Assembly (NCBI GenBank): GCA_965113315.1
Contig: OZ220366.1
Direction: 5' to 3' (one strand)
Length of the DNA: 64,000 nucleotides
Source: Podarcis vaucheri
Lineage: Eukaryota
Each line of letters begins with the position of its first letter. Position 1 is the first letter of the stretch. The notes under the pieces are model-generated. The model was not told the origin of the DNA, made no database searches, and saw only the letters and a program-made list of their open reading frames with translations. Below, in pieces: positions 24,948 through 37,369 of the stretch. Both the position numbers and the translations under genes were made by a program.

Positions 24948-25079
24948 AGGAAAAGGGAACCTGTGAACTTCCATATGTTGAACTATAACTCCCATCCACC
25001 CTGGCCATTGGCAGTGCTGACTGGCCTGATGGAAGTTGTAATCCAATAACATCTGGAAAGACAGAGGTTCCCCATCTCT
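24948..25079. mobile_element. Palindromic ~130 bp hAT-type MITE (aged)
   Basis: 'gggaacctgt..aactataactcccatc' / 'gatggaagttgtaatcc..aggttcccc' inverted arms. Confidence 0.65.
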
Positions 25080-25194
25080 ACTATACATATTTATCTGTGA
25101 GTAAACCACACAGAACTCATTGAGACTCATTTCTGAGTATACATGCATAGGACTGTGCTGTAACTCAGTATTATTAAATGCAATATATCCTAAC

Positions 25195-25312
25195 GCAGTG
25201 CTCTTCAGTCTTGGGTCCCCATGTATTGGACGACAACCACACTAAACTCTGAGCCAGGGATGCTGGGTGTTGTAGACTAGCAAAACCTGGGGACTAAGGT
25301 TGAGGAATGTTG
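25195..25312. mobile_element. Palindromic hAT-type MITE (aged)
   Basis: cagtgctcttcagtcttgggtcccca / tggggactaaggttgaggaatgttg arms. Confidence 0.55.
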
Positions 25313-25318
25313 TTGATA

Positions 25319-25454
25319 CAGGCATAGGCAAACTTGGTCCTCCAGATGTTTTTGGCCTACAACTCTCATCATCCCTAGCTAACAGGACCAGTGGTCAGGG
25401 ATGATGGGAGTTGTAGTCACAAAACATCTGGAGGGCTGAGTTTGCCTATGCCTG
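25319..25454. mobile_element. Palindromic hAT-type MITE
   Basis: TIR CAGGCATAGGCAAACT / AGTTTGCCTATGCCTG with near-perfect internal palindrome. Confidence 0.85.
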
Positions 25455-26149
25455 TATAAGTATGTCTTCCATTGTATTTTAATGGTGGTTATATCTATAG
25501 GTTGTTCCGTTGTTGGAAGCAGATGAGATGATCATCAATAGGGTAATACTTTTCCTTTTGTATTTTAGCTTCTATTATTATTGGATACTCAAGTGAATCT
25601 GTATTTACATAGCAGGTTGATATATCCAGTTCCTCTAACAATATAAAAGGCAAAAGCAAAACTGGTAGATTAATACACAAAGGAAACATCTGCATACTTG
25701 GGAACAATTTTGAAAGTAAAAGATGATTACCACCAATGGTACAATTTAGAGAGATATGATCTAATTATCTTTTGAGAATCTTCATTAACGAGCAATCTTT
25801 GCCTACACACAGAAGCTTGGCAAGTACAATTATCTAAAAGGTTTGTTATGTTAATTTATTTTTTTGCATTTTGCAATGTGCAGCAGGGCACTCAAAAAGC
25901 TGAGCAGAATGTAATAGATGTTTAAGGGAAGAGTCACCAACTCCCCCACAAGCTACTATATTAAATCTATTCATCACATACTTTTGTCTACCTCCAATTT
26001 ACTCCACTCACTTCTTTCAGTCAGCCTTACAGTGAAATGCTTCTTCTACTCTGAGCACGAATATGCCATTTTCAAGTTGCTCTCCCCACCTTCCACACTG
26101 TACCTGTGGGAGAGCGAACCTCATATAACCAACATGCTCAAGTCTAATT

Positions 26150-26560
26150 AATGCATGAAGGGGTTAAGACCATAAAGTAAACTGCCCTGCCAGGTGTAGC
26201 TCGCCTTGGGAGGGATTAGATAATCAAACCTTTCTTCGTCTGAGTCTATCTGAGGAGCTCAGCTTGTGAGGAGGTCTGAGCTCTTACATGTCTTTCTTGT
26301 ATTCCTATATCAATAATTTAGGAACTTTCACCACCGTAACTAAGCCAAGTTTTACTGCCTGTGCAACATTTTCTGGATGTTGTATGGAAAAGCACATGGA
26401 TCTGACCTTTGGAGAGTTTGTAAGCAAACCATCTTTAACTTATCAAATGTGTGATCTTTTTCTATGCTAGGGGAAAAGGGAAACTTCAGAAAGAACTCAG
26501 AAGGGCATATATTTTAAAGGTCTAACAGCCTATATTTACACACTTTACTTTGCTGCTCAT
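26150..26560 (+). mobile_element. Unclassified interspersed repeat, copy B
   Basis: Homologous to 7790-8240. Confidence 0.65.
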
Positions 26561-26949
26561 TGCAAAGTAATCAACCCCCCTCACTCCCCAACAACTTGCA
26601 ATACCAGAGGCTTCTGTGTGATTACAACGACAAAGCCATGTTTGGATTTATATAGTTGGCATTACAGCTACAAGTTCCTTTCTCCACCTCAGACTTCGAC
26701 TGTGATGAAGAGTGCTGTTTAACTTGACAGCAGGAATGAAGCACCTTTGGGTAACTTGAAAACTTATAAATTTAACCTATCAATTGCCACCAGTTCATTA
26801 GATTTCCAACAGACAATATTCTGATCAGCTTCAGGGTTGAGAGAAGGAGCACTTTCAGTGGGAACACAGTATGAAGAGAACCTGCTCATTGCATATGGGG
26901 AATCAGATGGCTTACCCACATCCCCTTTTTTAAATAAAACCAAGGCTCA

Positions 26950-27313
26950 TTTGAATTATGGTGCTGGAGGAGACTCTTGAGAGTCCCATGGACTGCAAGA
27001 AGATCAAACCTATCCATTCTGAAGGAAATCAGCCCTGAGTGCTCACTGGAAGTGCAGATTGTGAAGCTGAGGCTCCAATACTTTGGCCACCTCATGAGAA
27101 GAGAAGACTCCCTGGAAAAGACCCTGATGTTGGGAAAGATGGAAGGCACAAGGAGAAGGGGACAACAGAGGACGAGATGGTTGGACAGTGTTCTTGAAGC
27201 TATTAACATGGGTTTGACCAAACTGCGGGAGGCAGTTGAAGAGAGGGGTGCCCGGCGTGTTCTGATCCATGGGGTTACAAAGAGTAGGACACGACTAAAT
27301 GACTAAACAACAA
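26950..27313 (+). mobile_element. 5'-truncated RTE/BovB LINE 3' end
   Basis: ORF RVPWTARRSN.SILKEISPECSLE...LRLQYFGHLMRR..SLEKTLMLGK is the RTE/BovB C-terminus; (CAA)n tail; 13-bp TSD CAAGGCTCATTTG at 26941-26953 and 27314-27326. Confidence 0.95.
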
Positions 27314-28353
27314 CAAGGCTCATTTGGATACTCCCAGAGCTATGACCACTGATCATCACAGCCTAGTTGGTGTAAGTAACTATGAAGTCATGGCATAGCA
27401 AACAGCTATTGGTCCACATGTCCTGTTTACCTTTAAGGCAATAGGAGTTTCAGCAGCAATGTTTTGGAAATAGCATGAACCACTGGATAACTTACTAGTG
27501 TAGGTATCAATTTGTTGATCAATACTTCAGCCATTAAGGGTACTCCTCACTTGGCTTGTGTTTAGACCAAAACGACTCACAGCCTGACAGCCAGTATGCC
27601 ATTTCACCGGGAAAGAAATGTAAAGACTGTCAAGGAAGTATCAATACAGCTATATACTTCTATTCTCTACCCCAGATACTGAATCTGAAGAAGTTAGGTA
27701 TGACCTGAAAGTACTTTACTTATATATATAAGGTGAACAATGCTAGCGCAACAAAAGTATTTTATTCGTTTCTCACAAAAAAGGAAGCAATTTCTATTGA
27801 CAAATGAGACATTTGATTGTTTTCAAAGGCACAGTTATTCAAAAAGACGTTACAATTAAATACAGTTCAGCAGTTTAAACAACAGATGGCTGCCATCCTT
27901 TATTCTTCAATTTTTTCAAGTAATATTTTACTGCAGTCTGAAAAGGATAATCTGTAATATTTCTTGCTTTTTTGTTTGTTTGCACAAAAGAGCAATCTGG
28001 AAAGGAATAATGACTTGAATGTGAAGGGTGAACATTTTAAAACAGCATTTTATTTTATTTTATTTCTGTTACATTGACTCTGATCCTTACACAGACAAGA
28101 GGCGGTATGAGCAAAAGAGGTTAAATTTTAGACAGATTGGAATAAAGGGAATCACTAAGCCCACAATCTAAAAGATTGTGAAAGCTAATGGAAGTTATTG
28201 TATTGATTTTGACAGTAACATTATACTATAAGCTAGGAGATTGTGCCCTCATAAAGTTAAGTGCTTAAAAAAAATACCTACAAGGTAATAACTACAGAGA
28301 CTTCTCAGTAGCTGCACCACATCTATGGAACTCATTCCTTGGGAATTGCAACT

Positions 28354-28497
28354 GCCTCAGCTTCAGGATCTGTCCTTCCAGTGAGCACTCAGGGCTGATT
28401 TCCTTCAGAATGGATAGGTTTGATCTTCTTGCAGTCCATGGGACTCTCAAGAGTCTCCTCCAGCACCATAATTCAAATGAGCCTTGGTTTTATTTAA
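28354..28497 (-). repeat. Inverted 144-bp copy of 26930-27073 (BovB 5' junction plus unique flank)
   Basis: Reverse complement matches 26930-27073, including the non-TE flank TTAAATAAAACCAAGGCTCA, with 4 clustered differences. Confidence 0.92.
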
Positions 28498-28637
28498 TTT
28501 CAGGTGTCAAGTTTTCTTGCACTTTTGGGTCTTGATTTTTGCTCTGGGTCTTAACTGTGTTATTATTAATGCTGCTATATACTGCTACTATTTTAGCACT
28601 ATTGTTTTCAACTGAACATACTGCTGTCCTGTTATTA

Positions 28638-28831
28638 CCATATTGGCCCGAATATAAGCCGCTCCCTTAAAATTCCGCAGGCACTAATACCTGTTCCAAT
28701 TTACCATATGTCTGTTTCAGTAGCGATATTGTAAAACCCATTTTTTGTAAGGGCGTGAATTTAAGCCACACTTTAATTTTTCACGGTCGGAATTTGGGAA
28801 AAAAGTGAGGCTTATATTCAGGCCAATATGG
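28638..28831. mobile_element. Tc1/mariner-type MITE
   Basis: TIR CCATATTGGCCCGAATATAAGCC / GGCTTATATTCAGGCCAATATGG, TA on both sides. Confidence 0.9.
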
Positions 28832-29384
28832 TATGTTGTTCATCAGCCTGTCTACATCAAGAAGGACAATATATAAATAAAATAAAGATGACGACAACAT
28901 ACAATACTTGATTAACAAGTCTGACTTGTCACAGATATGTGGCATGGCCCACATAGAGCTAGATCGATTCTGATCATTAAGAATTATTTCTTAGCTCTGG
29001 AACAGGTTAATCTTTAACAAGAATAAAGAAAAAGTCAAACAACTTTAGAGAAGTAACAAAAATAACAGAAGAGAATCATGACGTATTCCGGGGGTGGGTG
29101 GGTATCCATTAAAAAGATGCTGCTCAAGAGTGATCCATGACGGTGACCTTTTAATTGCAGACTTGGTAGTCCCAGAGTATGAGAAAGAGGGAGACAAATT
29201 AAGCCAGGAATTACTTTCTTTATTGAGCAATGTCTGACAGTGGATAAACCCTCCCAGCCTCAGAACTTCTAAAAGCTTTTCTCCAGTTCTGTCAAAGGTA
29301 AGCCAGGCTCTATACAGAAGTTGTTGCTTTTCAATCTCATTTTATTCCTCTACAAGATGGGCAAAGCTTTGCATCATTCGAGGA

Positions 29385-29520
29385 CAGTCTTCCTCAACCT
29401 CGGCCCTCCAGATGTTTTGAGACTACAATTCCCATCATCCCAGACCACTGGTCCTGCTAGCTAGGGATCATGGGAGTTGTAGGCCAAAAACATCTGGAGG
29501 GTAGAGGTTGAGGAAGCCTG
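29385..29520. mobile_element. Palindromic hAT-type MITE
   Basis: CAGTCTTCCTCAACCTC / GAGGTTGAGGAAGCCTG; same core as 25319-25454. Confidence 0.85.
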
Positions 29521-29823
29521 GTCTAGGTTATGTTTTACAAACAAGCTAAGGAAGCATCTGGGTTTTATATTTGACTTGAAACTTAAGTCTCTCTTCTCAG
29601 ACCCAGGAATGACTCAATGACAACTCATAAGCATACTCACATGGCGCTATAGAGAAAGACATGGCCTGATCCACTTTTTTCTCCATAAATATATTAGAAA
29701 TATTCAATTATGATTATGTATCACATTACTTCAGTTAAAAAACCTGGATACGCATGAAAAACAAGATTTCCCGCTTTCACCCATGCACACCAAAAACAGG
29801 AAGGTCACTTAAAAATGGCATTA

Positions 29824-30186
29824 AGGTAAAGGTAAAGGTACCCCTGCCCGTACGGGCCAGTCTTGACAGACTCTAGGATTGTGCGCCCATCTCATTTAAG
29901 AGGCCGGGGGCCAGCACTGTCCGAAGACACTTCCGGGTCACGTGGCCAGCGTGACAAAGCTGCATCTGGCGAGCCAGAGCCGCACACGGAAACGCCGTTT
30001 ACCTTCCCGCCAGTAAGCAGTCCCTATTTATCTACTTGCACTTAAGGGTGCTTTCGAACTGCTAGGTTGGTAGGCGCTGGGACCAAAAGACGGGAGCGCA
30101 CCCCGCCGCAGGGATTCGAACCGCCGACCTTTCGATCGGCAAGCCCTAGGCGCTGAGGCTTTTACCCACAGTGCCGCCCGCGTCCC
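29824..30186 (-). mobile_element. Full-length Sauria SINE (Squam1-type)
   Basis: Minus strand begins GGGACGCGGGCGGCACTGTGGG with B-box GGTTCGAATCC and ends in (ACCTTT)n; 14-bp TSD TAAAAATGGCATTA at 29810-29823 and 30187-30200. Confidence 0.95.
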
Positions 30187-31660
30187 TAAAAATGGCATTA
30201 TTCCATATCAAATGTTACCATCCCAGTGATTTTTGGAACAACTTAGGAAAGGGGTTACACAGGTGGCAAGATCTCTTTGAATTATCATCTTTTGGGAAAG
30301 CATACAGAAACAGAATAAAATATGTAAGCTTATAAAGCCTCCATTTTCTTTCACTGTAAATGTGTTCTGGGAATGAGGTATGATACATGATTGAAATTTG
30401 CAGCATGAGTAGTTTTCTACACACTTCTGCCACTCGAGTTTGACAGAAAGCCCTCTCAAATGGCATAGTACAATTTCTAATAAAAAAGCAAATGAATATT
30501 AAGGGAGTAAAGGGACAATGGGAAAACCTATATTGGAATGTAAGACGCAAATGAAATATGCATGGGTGGCTGAAGCCATACTCAGCTGCACTGAAGAATG
30601 AGGGAGGCCAAGTGGTTTTATTTTTAGTTTGGAGGCTAGAAGGTCCACTTGCTTATATGGAATTAGCCAGCGGGACCAAGCAAAACACACCATGAGCATT
30701 AGTAGTAGGAAAGTGAAAGTTTATGATCCGTGAAAAATTGCCTTTGGGCTTTAAGGTATTACAGATTAATCCTCTATTACTACAGAGTAGCATCTAATAG
30801 ACCATTCAGTCTGACTGCACTAAAAGGCGGAGAAAACATTGCTATTAGAGAGAGATCTGGGAATTAGGGTGCTTTCACCCACCCATACAATCATGTCGAC
30901 ACCAGTAGTACCCCACATTGAAGAAATGTGAGTTGGGGAAAATGCTGTATCTGTTATTTACATATGAATTCCAAATACATTGCTCAGGACATACCAAGAA
31001 ACATTGAGTGGGTTCAAAAGCTGACTTAAAAAATACAATCTTTAAGTTGCAAATGTGCCTTTCATTACCAGATCTGGGGAAACACCACAGAAATTGGCTA
31101 TCAATAGTCACACAGGCTTGTGAGGTTTCAGACCCATCTGGCTGGCCTGAGTTTAAAATACAATCATCACAGGACTAAGCTGAAATTTCTCAGAAAAGGA
31201 TTTCCCCCACCCTTTTTTCTTTTCGGAGAATTTTTCTTTTCTGAGCTTCTCCTGAACTGTTGAATTTCAATCCTCCTCTGGAGAGTATTAAGTGAAAAGA
31301 TTTCCCCAGTTGTATTACTATTTGTACCCCACCTTCTTCCCAAAGGAACTTGGGGTGGTAAGTACTGAAATGATAAAACAACAAAACTAAAACTAAAATA
31401 AAAACCATTAAAAGCATCTAAAATATCTGAAAACATTTACCATTAAACACTATATTTTATAGTTTTATAAGTTTTATCACATCCCTGTTATACTGAAGGA
31501 TATGGATACAGCACAGAGGAGAGGAATAAGAGAGAGTATGCCAACTTTTTATCTTCAGGTGTAAGAAATTTAATAAAATTGTAGTGTGTTTTCTTGTATA
31601 CTCCTGGGAGGTGTACAAACCCTGGTTTTCTTCAGACTGTATAAATCTTTTCCGCTTATA

Positions 31661-32014
31661 CAGTGGTGCCCCGCAAGACGAATGCCTCGCAAGACGAAAA
31701 ACTCGCTAGACGAAAGGGTTTTGCGGTTTTTGAGCTGCTTCGCAAGACGAATTTCCCTATGGGCTTGCTTCGCAAGACAAAAACGTCTTGCGTTTTTTGG
31801 AAGTTTGTTTCCTTTTTCTTAACACCGTTAATACAGTTGCGACTTGACTTCGAGGAGCAACTCATAGAACGCGGTGTGGTAGCCTTTTGTGAGGTTTTTG
31901 GCGATTTTTGAAGCTTTTCCAGAACTTTTCCGACACCATGCTTTGCAAGACGAAAAATTCGCTAGACGAAAAAACTCGCGGAACAAATTAATTTCGTCTT
32001 GCGAGGCACCACTG
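31661..32014. mobile_element. Tc1/mariner-pogo (Tigger-like) MITE
   Basis: TIR CAGTGGTGCCCCGCAAGACGAA / TTCGTCTTGCGAGGCACCACTG, TA TSD, internal repeats of CGC(A/T)AGACGAA. Confidence 0.93.
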
Positions 32015-32025
32015 TAAACCAGAAA

Positions 32026-32638
32026 TGCAGTGGGGCCAGGCAGAGATACAGCAAACACAAGGCGCACGTCTTGGGATTAAACAGACCACAACTTTATTGA
32101 TTACAGATGTCAGTAGGTTTTGGTGTAGGTATTGGGTGTGTATCCTGAATCATTTGGCCTTACTGCTGGTTGATAAATTGTCAGGGTCGACCCTGGATTA
32201 AGAATCTTTCCATGAAACACATAGAAGCATCCCCCAGAGGGTTACCATCGAAGGATGTGCTATGGCCTAGTCACCCTGGTTTGGGCAGCTGGACAGCAGC
32301 ACCTTACCCTGGACTCCTTTAACAGGATACCCCACTTCCTTTGAGATGTGTGTGGGGCTCCCAACCCCCTGCTCTGTCTTGACTAAGGGTCCAACCCAAT
32401 GCCTTATTTGCCCACAGGTTGTGACTATTGCTATGAGGTAGGCAAAAAACCCAGACAGCCCCAAATTGACTGGAGGGAAAATTATGACCTAGCCCTAAAT
32501 AATTGAGAATTGGCTGGCTCCAGGGCAGGCCCCAGCAACCCCCATGGCCAGTGGAAGAGGAAGTAACATCCTGTGTCAATCACACAGGCCACGAAAGGCC
32601 TTCCCAGCCTGGTGGTAAGCTGAACTGTGCCACAACCA
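32026..32638 (-). mobile_element. Solo-LTR-like element family 1, copy 4 (diverged)
   Basis: Minus strand starts TGGTTGTGG as in copy 3; AATAAAGTTGTGG at 32086-32098; shares GCCTACCTCATAGCAA, AGGCATTGG and GTTAAAGGA blocks. Confidence 0.75.
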
Positions 32639-33181
32639 CTGCCCCCACTGAAAGGTGAGCATCAGTTTTAAATCTTCCCAGTCCTGCCAAGAAAAAACAG
32701 ATGCCGTTTTTCCTGATCATTTGTGCGGCATTTCAAATGAAGATGAAATGGATGCTGTGGCACCCTTGACAATATGGCATCAAGAGATGATTATGGCCAA
32801 TGTTTTATAAACACCTTAAGGCTTCAAGATGCAAAATTTTTATCACAGCTAAATATAAATAGAAAATCAATACCATCATTTCAAAGACTCATTTTGTCCT
32901 CGTTTCCCCCCCTTGCTTCCATGTGACTTGATTAGAATCCACTTTCAATCGTAAATGCTTGGAAAAAATAGACAGTGTTCTATGCTGTTCACCCCCATTG
33001 AATCCTATTCAACTCAAATACCGTAGTATCAACATAAGACCACAATAATCAGAAACTGACTTAGAACTCGGTATTCATTTCGTTTTATAATGTGGAACTT
33101 CCTGCATACAGCATAAGTTGCAGGTCACTACTGGAGTGGGAATGGAGTGGAATTGACCCCTACAGAGTCAAAACTTTATAG

Positions 33182-34150
33182 CAGGGGTCGGCAAACTATG
33201 GTCCGCAGGCCTGCGGACGGTCCGTGGATCGACGTGGGGATTCTGTTCATTTTGTTTCTGCATCTCCATTTTTTCCCCTGTGCCATTTCCCCCCCTCTCC
33301 CTCACACACACTGCGGCTGCGCCTCCTCCCTCCCTCCTCCTGGCTTCTCCCTGCCCTGCCTAGAAGAGGAAGGAGGCTGGGCTGAGCTGGCTGAGTTTGC
33401 TAGATGACATCGCAGGAGACCGCTGCCTCAGGAGAGCGAGGGAAATTCTTAGGGACGACTCACACCCCGGCCAGCACCTCGTTAATCTCCTACCTTTGGG
33501 CAGGAGATACAGAAGTATAGTCAGCTGCACCAACAGGTTAAAGAACAGTTTTATCCATGGGCTGTTGGGCTGCTGAATGGAAAAAAAATAGTGGTGACTT
33601 CCAAAAAGTACACAGAGTGCGAACAAGTCTGAGTGTTATATGTTGGGGGGAGGGTGGCTTGTTAAATTTCACTGCACACAGGTGGTGAAGTGACAATAAA
33701 GGTTTATTATTATTTATTATTATCTTCCCGCGGTCCGGAGCTCGCTCTGCCGCTGGTGCAGTGGTGATCTGGCCTCCGCTGTTGGCGGGAGGGCCCTCAT
33801 CCCACCCCCAAAGCGCGGAAGAGGTGCCGGCAGCAGGAGGCCCTGCAGGTGGCAGCGCAGCACCAAACCCAGGTGAGGACCCTTCATCCAGACAATGACT
33901 ATCATAAGTGCAGGTAATAAACATTTTTAATTTTAATTTTTATCATCTACAATGCTGTCTGGCCTGCCTGGTGCTCTTGCATGGAATGTGTCCTTTTAAA
34001 ATGAATCTGTGGGTCATTTGTGGGGCCGCCCTGGTGTGGACAGTGTGCATAGGAATTCGTTCATTCCCCCCCCCCCAATATAGTCTGCCCCCCCACAAGG
34101 TCTGAGGGACAGTGGATCTGCCCCCTGCTGAAAAAAATTGCCGAACCCTG
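33182..34150. mobile_element. hAT non-autonomous element with nested Rex1 fragment
   Basis: TIR CAGGGGTCGGCAA / TTGCCGAACCCTG; perfect 8-bp TSD CTTTATAG at 33174-33181 and 34151-34158. Confidence 0.93.
33400..33723 (+). mobile_element. Rex1/Babar LINE 3' fragment
   Basis: Translates LDDIAGDRCLRRAREILRDDSHPGQHLVNLLPLGRRYRSIVSCTNRLKNSFYPWAVGLLN (Rex1 RT C-terminus); AATAAA plus (TTA)n tail. Confidence 0.88.
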
Positions 34151-35269
34151 CTTTATAGGGATGAATGAATGTCCATTTCCAAGCCAAGTCATTTCCACAG
34201 GCATCCATACATTATCTGGATGCTTTAAACATACATATGGTAATGAGCAATTAACATATGTTACAAAGTATTTTCTCTCAAATCATTCATGTTAAAACAC
34301 TTTTTTGGCCATGAATTTTTTTACCCAATTAATAATGATGATGATAGTATCAGAACATTAAGGAAGTGCGAAAGTTGCTGTAAAGCTAAGGTCCAATCTG
34401 CCTATTAGTCTGAATGGCACAAATTATGTCAGTTCATATCAGAATTCACAATGAGCAAATTCCTCAAACATGCCTAGGACTGTGCATTGTATTGAATAGG
34501 TGACTATGTCAGGGATTAATCGAATGTTCTTCACTGCTGTGAAAGATAAACAGGAAACCCTGAAAAGAGCTAAAAATGAGTTTTTATGTCTTCTATGTAA
34601 GTCAATACAGAAAGAACATGTAAGTTGATAGAATTCATATGTAAAATCACTACAAATAAATGTGATTCAGAAAGTTCTGGAGGATTTGATATTAGGGTAT
34701 GGAAGTAGTGTATTAAGCTATATAGTTTCTCAAGTTAAATATTTACACTGTATTTATTTTACAGAAATTACTTTGCAATTATAAGAGTTTATTGGATGAA
34801 TCTTTATTAAATGTTACTGAATCAGTTCAGAGTGATTGACAGCACAAGCCTATGCATGACTCAGAAGTAAGTTCTACTGTGTTCAGTGGTACTTAGTAAG
34901 TGCATTTATGACTTGAAACCTTAGTAAACTACTAAACCATTTTCCAAAGTTAAGCTCTCAAGCTAGCGGAACAGGAGAGTTGAAAGATATTAATGAACCC
35001 AACTAGACCTGAATCAATCGCCCTCCCCCCAATGTTTTGATTTCCTGGTTTGTACAGAGGAAGAGGAAGCAAGACAATATTTCAGAAAAATTCTTCAAGG
35101 AGAATATAAATGCTGTCGTCTGTAAAACATATGTTAAAACATTGACAAATAAAGCATTTTTCTTTTATGAAAAAATCAGTTAGATGGATCCTGAATGGTT
35201 TTGTTTGTTTTACCCACTGGAGTTTGTCTCCTGTCATAACCAGAGCAGCTATTTTCTAATGTGCTTTTT

Positions 35270-35760
35270 GTATTTGCTAAATTTATATCCTGCACATTCA
35301 GTATGCGAGTCTTCCCAGGACAGCTCACAAGGAGACTAAAAGTACAACATGATACAATCTAATTAGAAAACAACAATGCTACAATGCAACAGCAGCAAAC
35401 CCAGCAATAAAAACTCAAAAGAGCACAGTAAAGACAAAACAATGATCCCTAATTTCTTAGAAGATTGAAATGCCCACGTAAATATAAAATGTCTCCGCCT
35501 GGTGCCAAAATGACACAGTGAGGAACAAGGCTCTTTTCCCTGGGTAGGGCATAGGATATTCTCAACCAAGATGGCTGTCTTCCCAGTCACCACCCACCAC
35601 AGAAGGTGAAGCAAAAAGCTCCAGAGGACTACCTACCAGGGTAGGTATGGGACTGCTATGGGAGAAGAACCCAAAAATACTTGTGTCCCAATGCTAGATA
35701 GGGCTTTAAAGTCAATCACCAGTACTTTAAACTGAAAGTGCTTCCAGATGGTAGCTTAAA
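35270..35760 (-). mobile_element. Old L2 fragment
   Basis: Reverse L2 tail 'atttatatcctgc...cagctcaca' and 'agggctttaaagtcaatcaccagtactttaaactg' ORF2 region. Confidence 0.6.
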
Positions 35761-35796
35761 AGTGCAAATGGGTCATTTAGATACTGCAGACAGGTC

Positions 35797-36124
35797 CATA
35801 GCTTCCAAGTGCCCAAATTTAAGCAGGACAGCCACACTTTCTTTGAAGGTGCAGGGTGCCCCAATTTTGTGCCACCTGCAGATGGGAGCAATGGAAGTAG
35901 CTCCTGCAGTGCTTCCTGGCCTTCGGGAAGGAAATGTGAGGCTCTGACAGGATCCCAGAGCCCTCCTGCCTCCTTTCCAAAGCCAGCAAGCACTTACAGG
36001 GGTTTGGGAAGGAGGCAGGAGTATGGCAGAATCCTGTCAGTGAGCTTCAGAAGCTTCCTTGGCTTTGGGAAGGAGGCATGAGGCCCGTGTCCCAATTTTT
36101 ATCAGCATAGTGTTGCAGCATATG
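35797..36124. mobile_element. hAT-like element with CATA...TATG ends
   Basis: CATAGCTTCCAAGTG start, GTTGCAGCATATG end, flanks CAGGTC/CAGGCC. Confidence 0.55.
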
Positions 36125-37369
36125 CAGGCCACTGGCAATGGGTTAATCCTGATTAAAGGTAGGAAAAGGGCCATATTTGATGCTGATGTTTGGATGCTGA
36201 TGACGGTTTGCACGCTGCAGAAAAAACTTGTAAGTCATAAATACAGCCCCGATCCCACAGTAAGCATCTGCCTGAAAGCACCCTGAGTCTGGTAATGAAC
36301 TGGGTGCTAATGGTCCATTGAGATCAAATCAAGTCAAATCACTTTTTCGCATTTTTAAGGCTTAAGCAACAAATGAAAGTATTTGTTTCTAGCCTGTTTA
36401 AAAATGCTGATGTGCAATTTTTTGTGGTTGATGTTATGGTGCATTTACTCCTTAGCTGGGGACGAACTCATGCTCTGCATTTTGTACTGGAGATTAGCCA
36501 TAGTTTGACTTCACAGCTCAGCTCCTGCAAGCGCTATCTCAATTGCCAACAGATGATATTTTAAAGGAAATGTCTGACTTCCTTGTAACATTTGCAACAC
36601 TCAAGATGAAGGTAGATGTGGAACAAAAGCAAAGCTCTGAGGCAGTGATGAAATCCGGAAGTAATAGGGACCCAGATCACTACAAAAGGCTTCTCAACCA
36701 GATATACAGCTCCATTGACTTAAGTAAGATTAAATCACTTAAAACCAAATACTAAAAATTTCATTGGTTTGCAGACTAAGCTAATGCTTGACAGGACTGC
36801 TGAAGCAACCCACAAAAGACTCCGTCCCTTGTTTCTACAGTGTCTCTTCAGACGGAAGATTATTGCCTTCCCCCCATCTGAATAGGGTCCATGCCTGGGC
36901 TATGCGGATGAAGGATACAAGTCGAAAGCAAAGGATGAATGCCTTGGTGCCTCTGTCTCCTGAAAGATGGCATTTATTTTACATTTCTGAAGTGTCAAAA
37001 GAAAATCAGTAAGTTAAGCTTATTAATATGCAGAGCACAGAAGAGACTGCACACACAGTTTGCTGAAAAGCCTGTTGCTAGTACGTCTCCCTGGATGCCT
37101 TTCCTCAACGCTCTCTGGGAAAATACATTTTGTCTTTCTTTATGTAGCCCTGCAGACACAGCAGCGAGGTGCATTTCCCCTCAGAAATCTTGGGCCCCAA
37201 TTGCTTTCTGGTGTGCTAAACAATGGTTTTTGAACCATTTATACTACTTGGGATTGAATGTATTGTGTATATGGGAGGGTAGAGGGGAATAGAAGCTGGA
37301 GCTGTTTCCTCTCGCTCCCCCCCCCTGCTTTAATCTTCGTACCTTCCTTCCCTATTTAAAATGCACTCG

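Noticed and set aside
26977-27306. 109-aa ORF with real protein similarity
   Set aside because: It is the C-terminus of a 5'-truncated RTE/BovB ORF, not a host gene.
27685-27710. CTGAAGA...GAAA hammerhead-like core
   Set aside because: Stem II is imperfect and no supporting stems I/III are visible; at best a decayed PLE relic.
31661-32014. Spaced short direct repeats (CGCAAGACGAA) superficially CRISPR-like
   Set aside because: They are subterminal repeats of a eukaryotic TA-flanked MITE, with irregular spacing and no cas genes.
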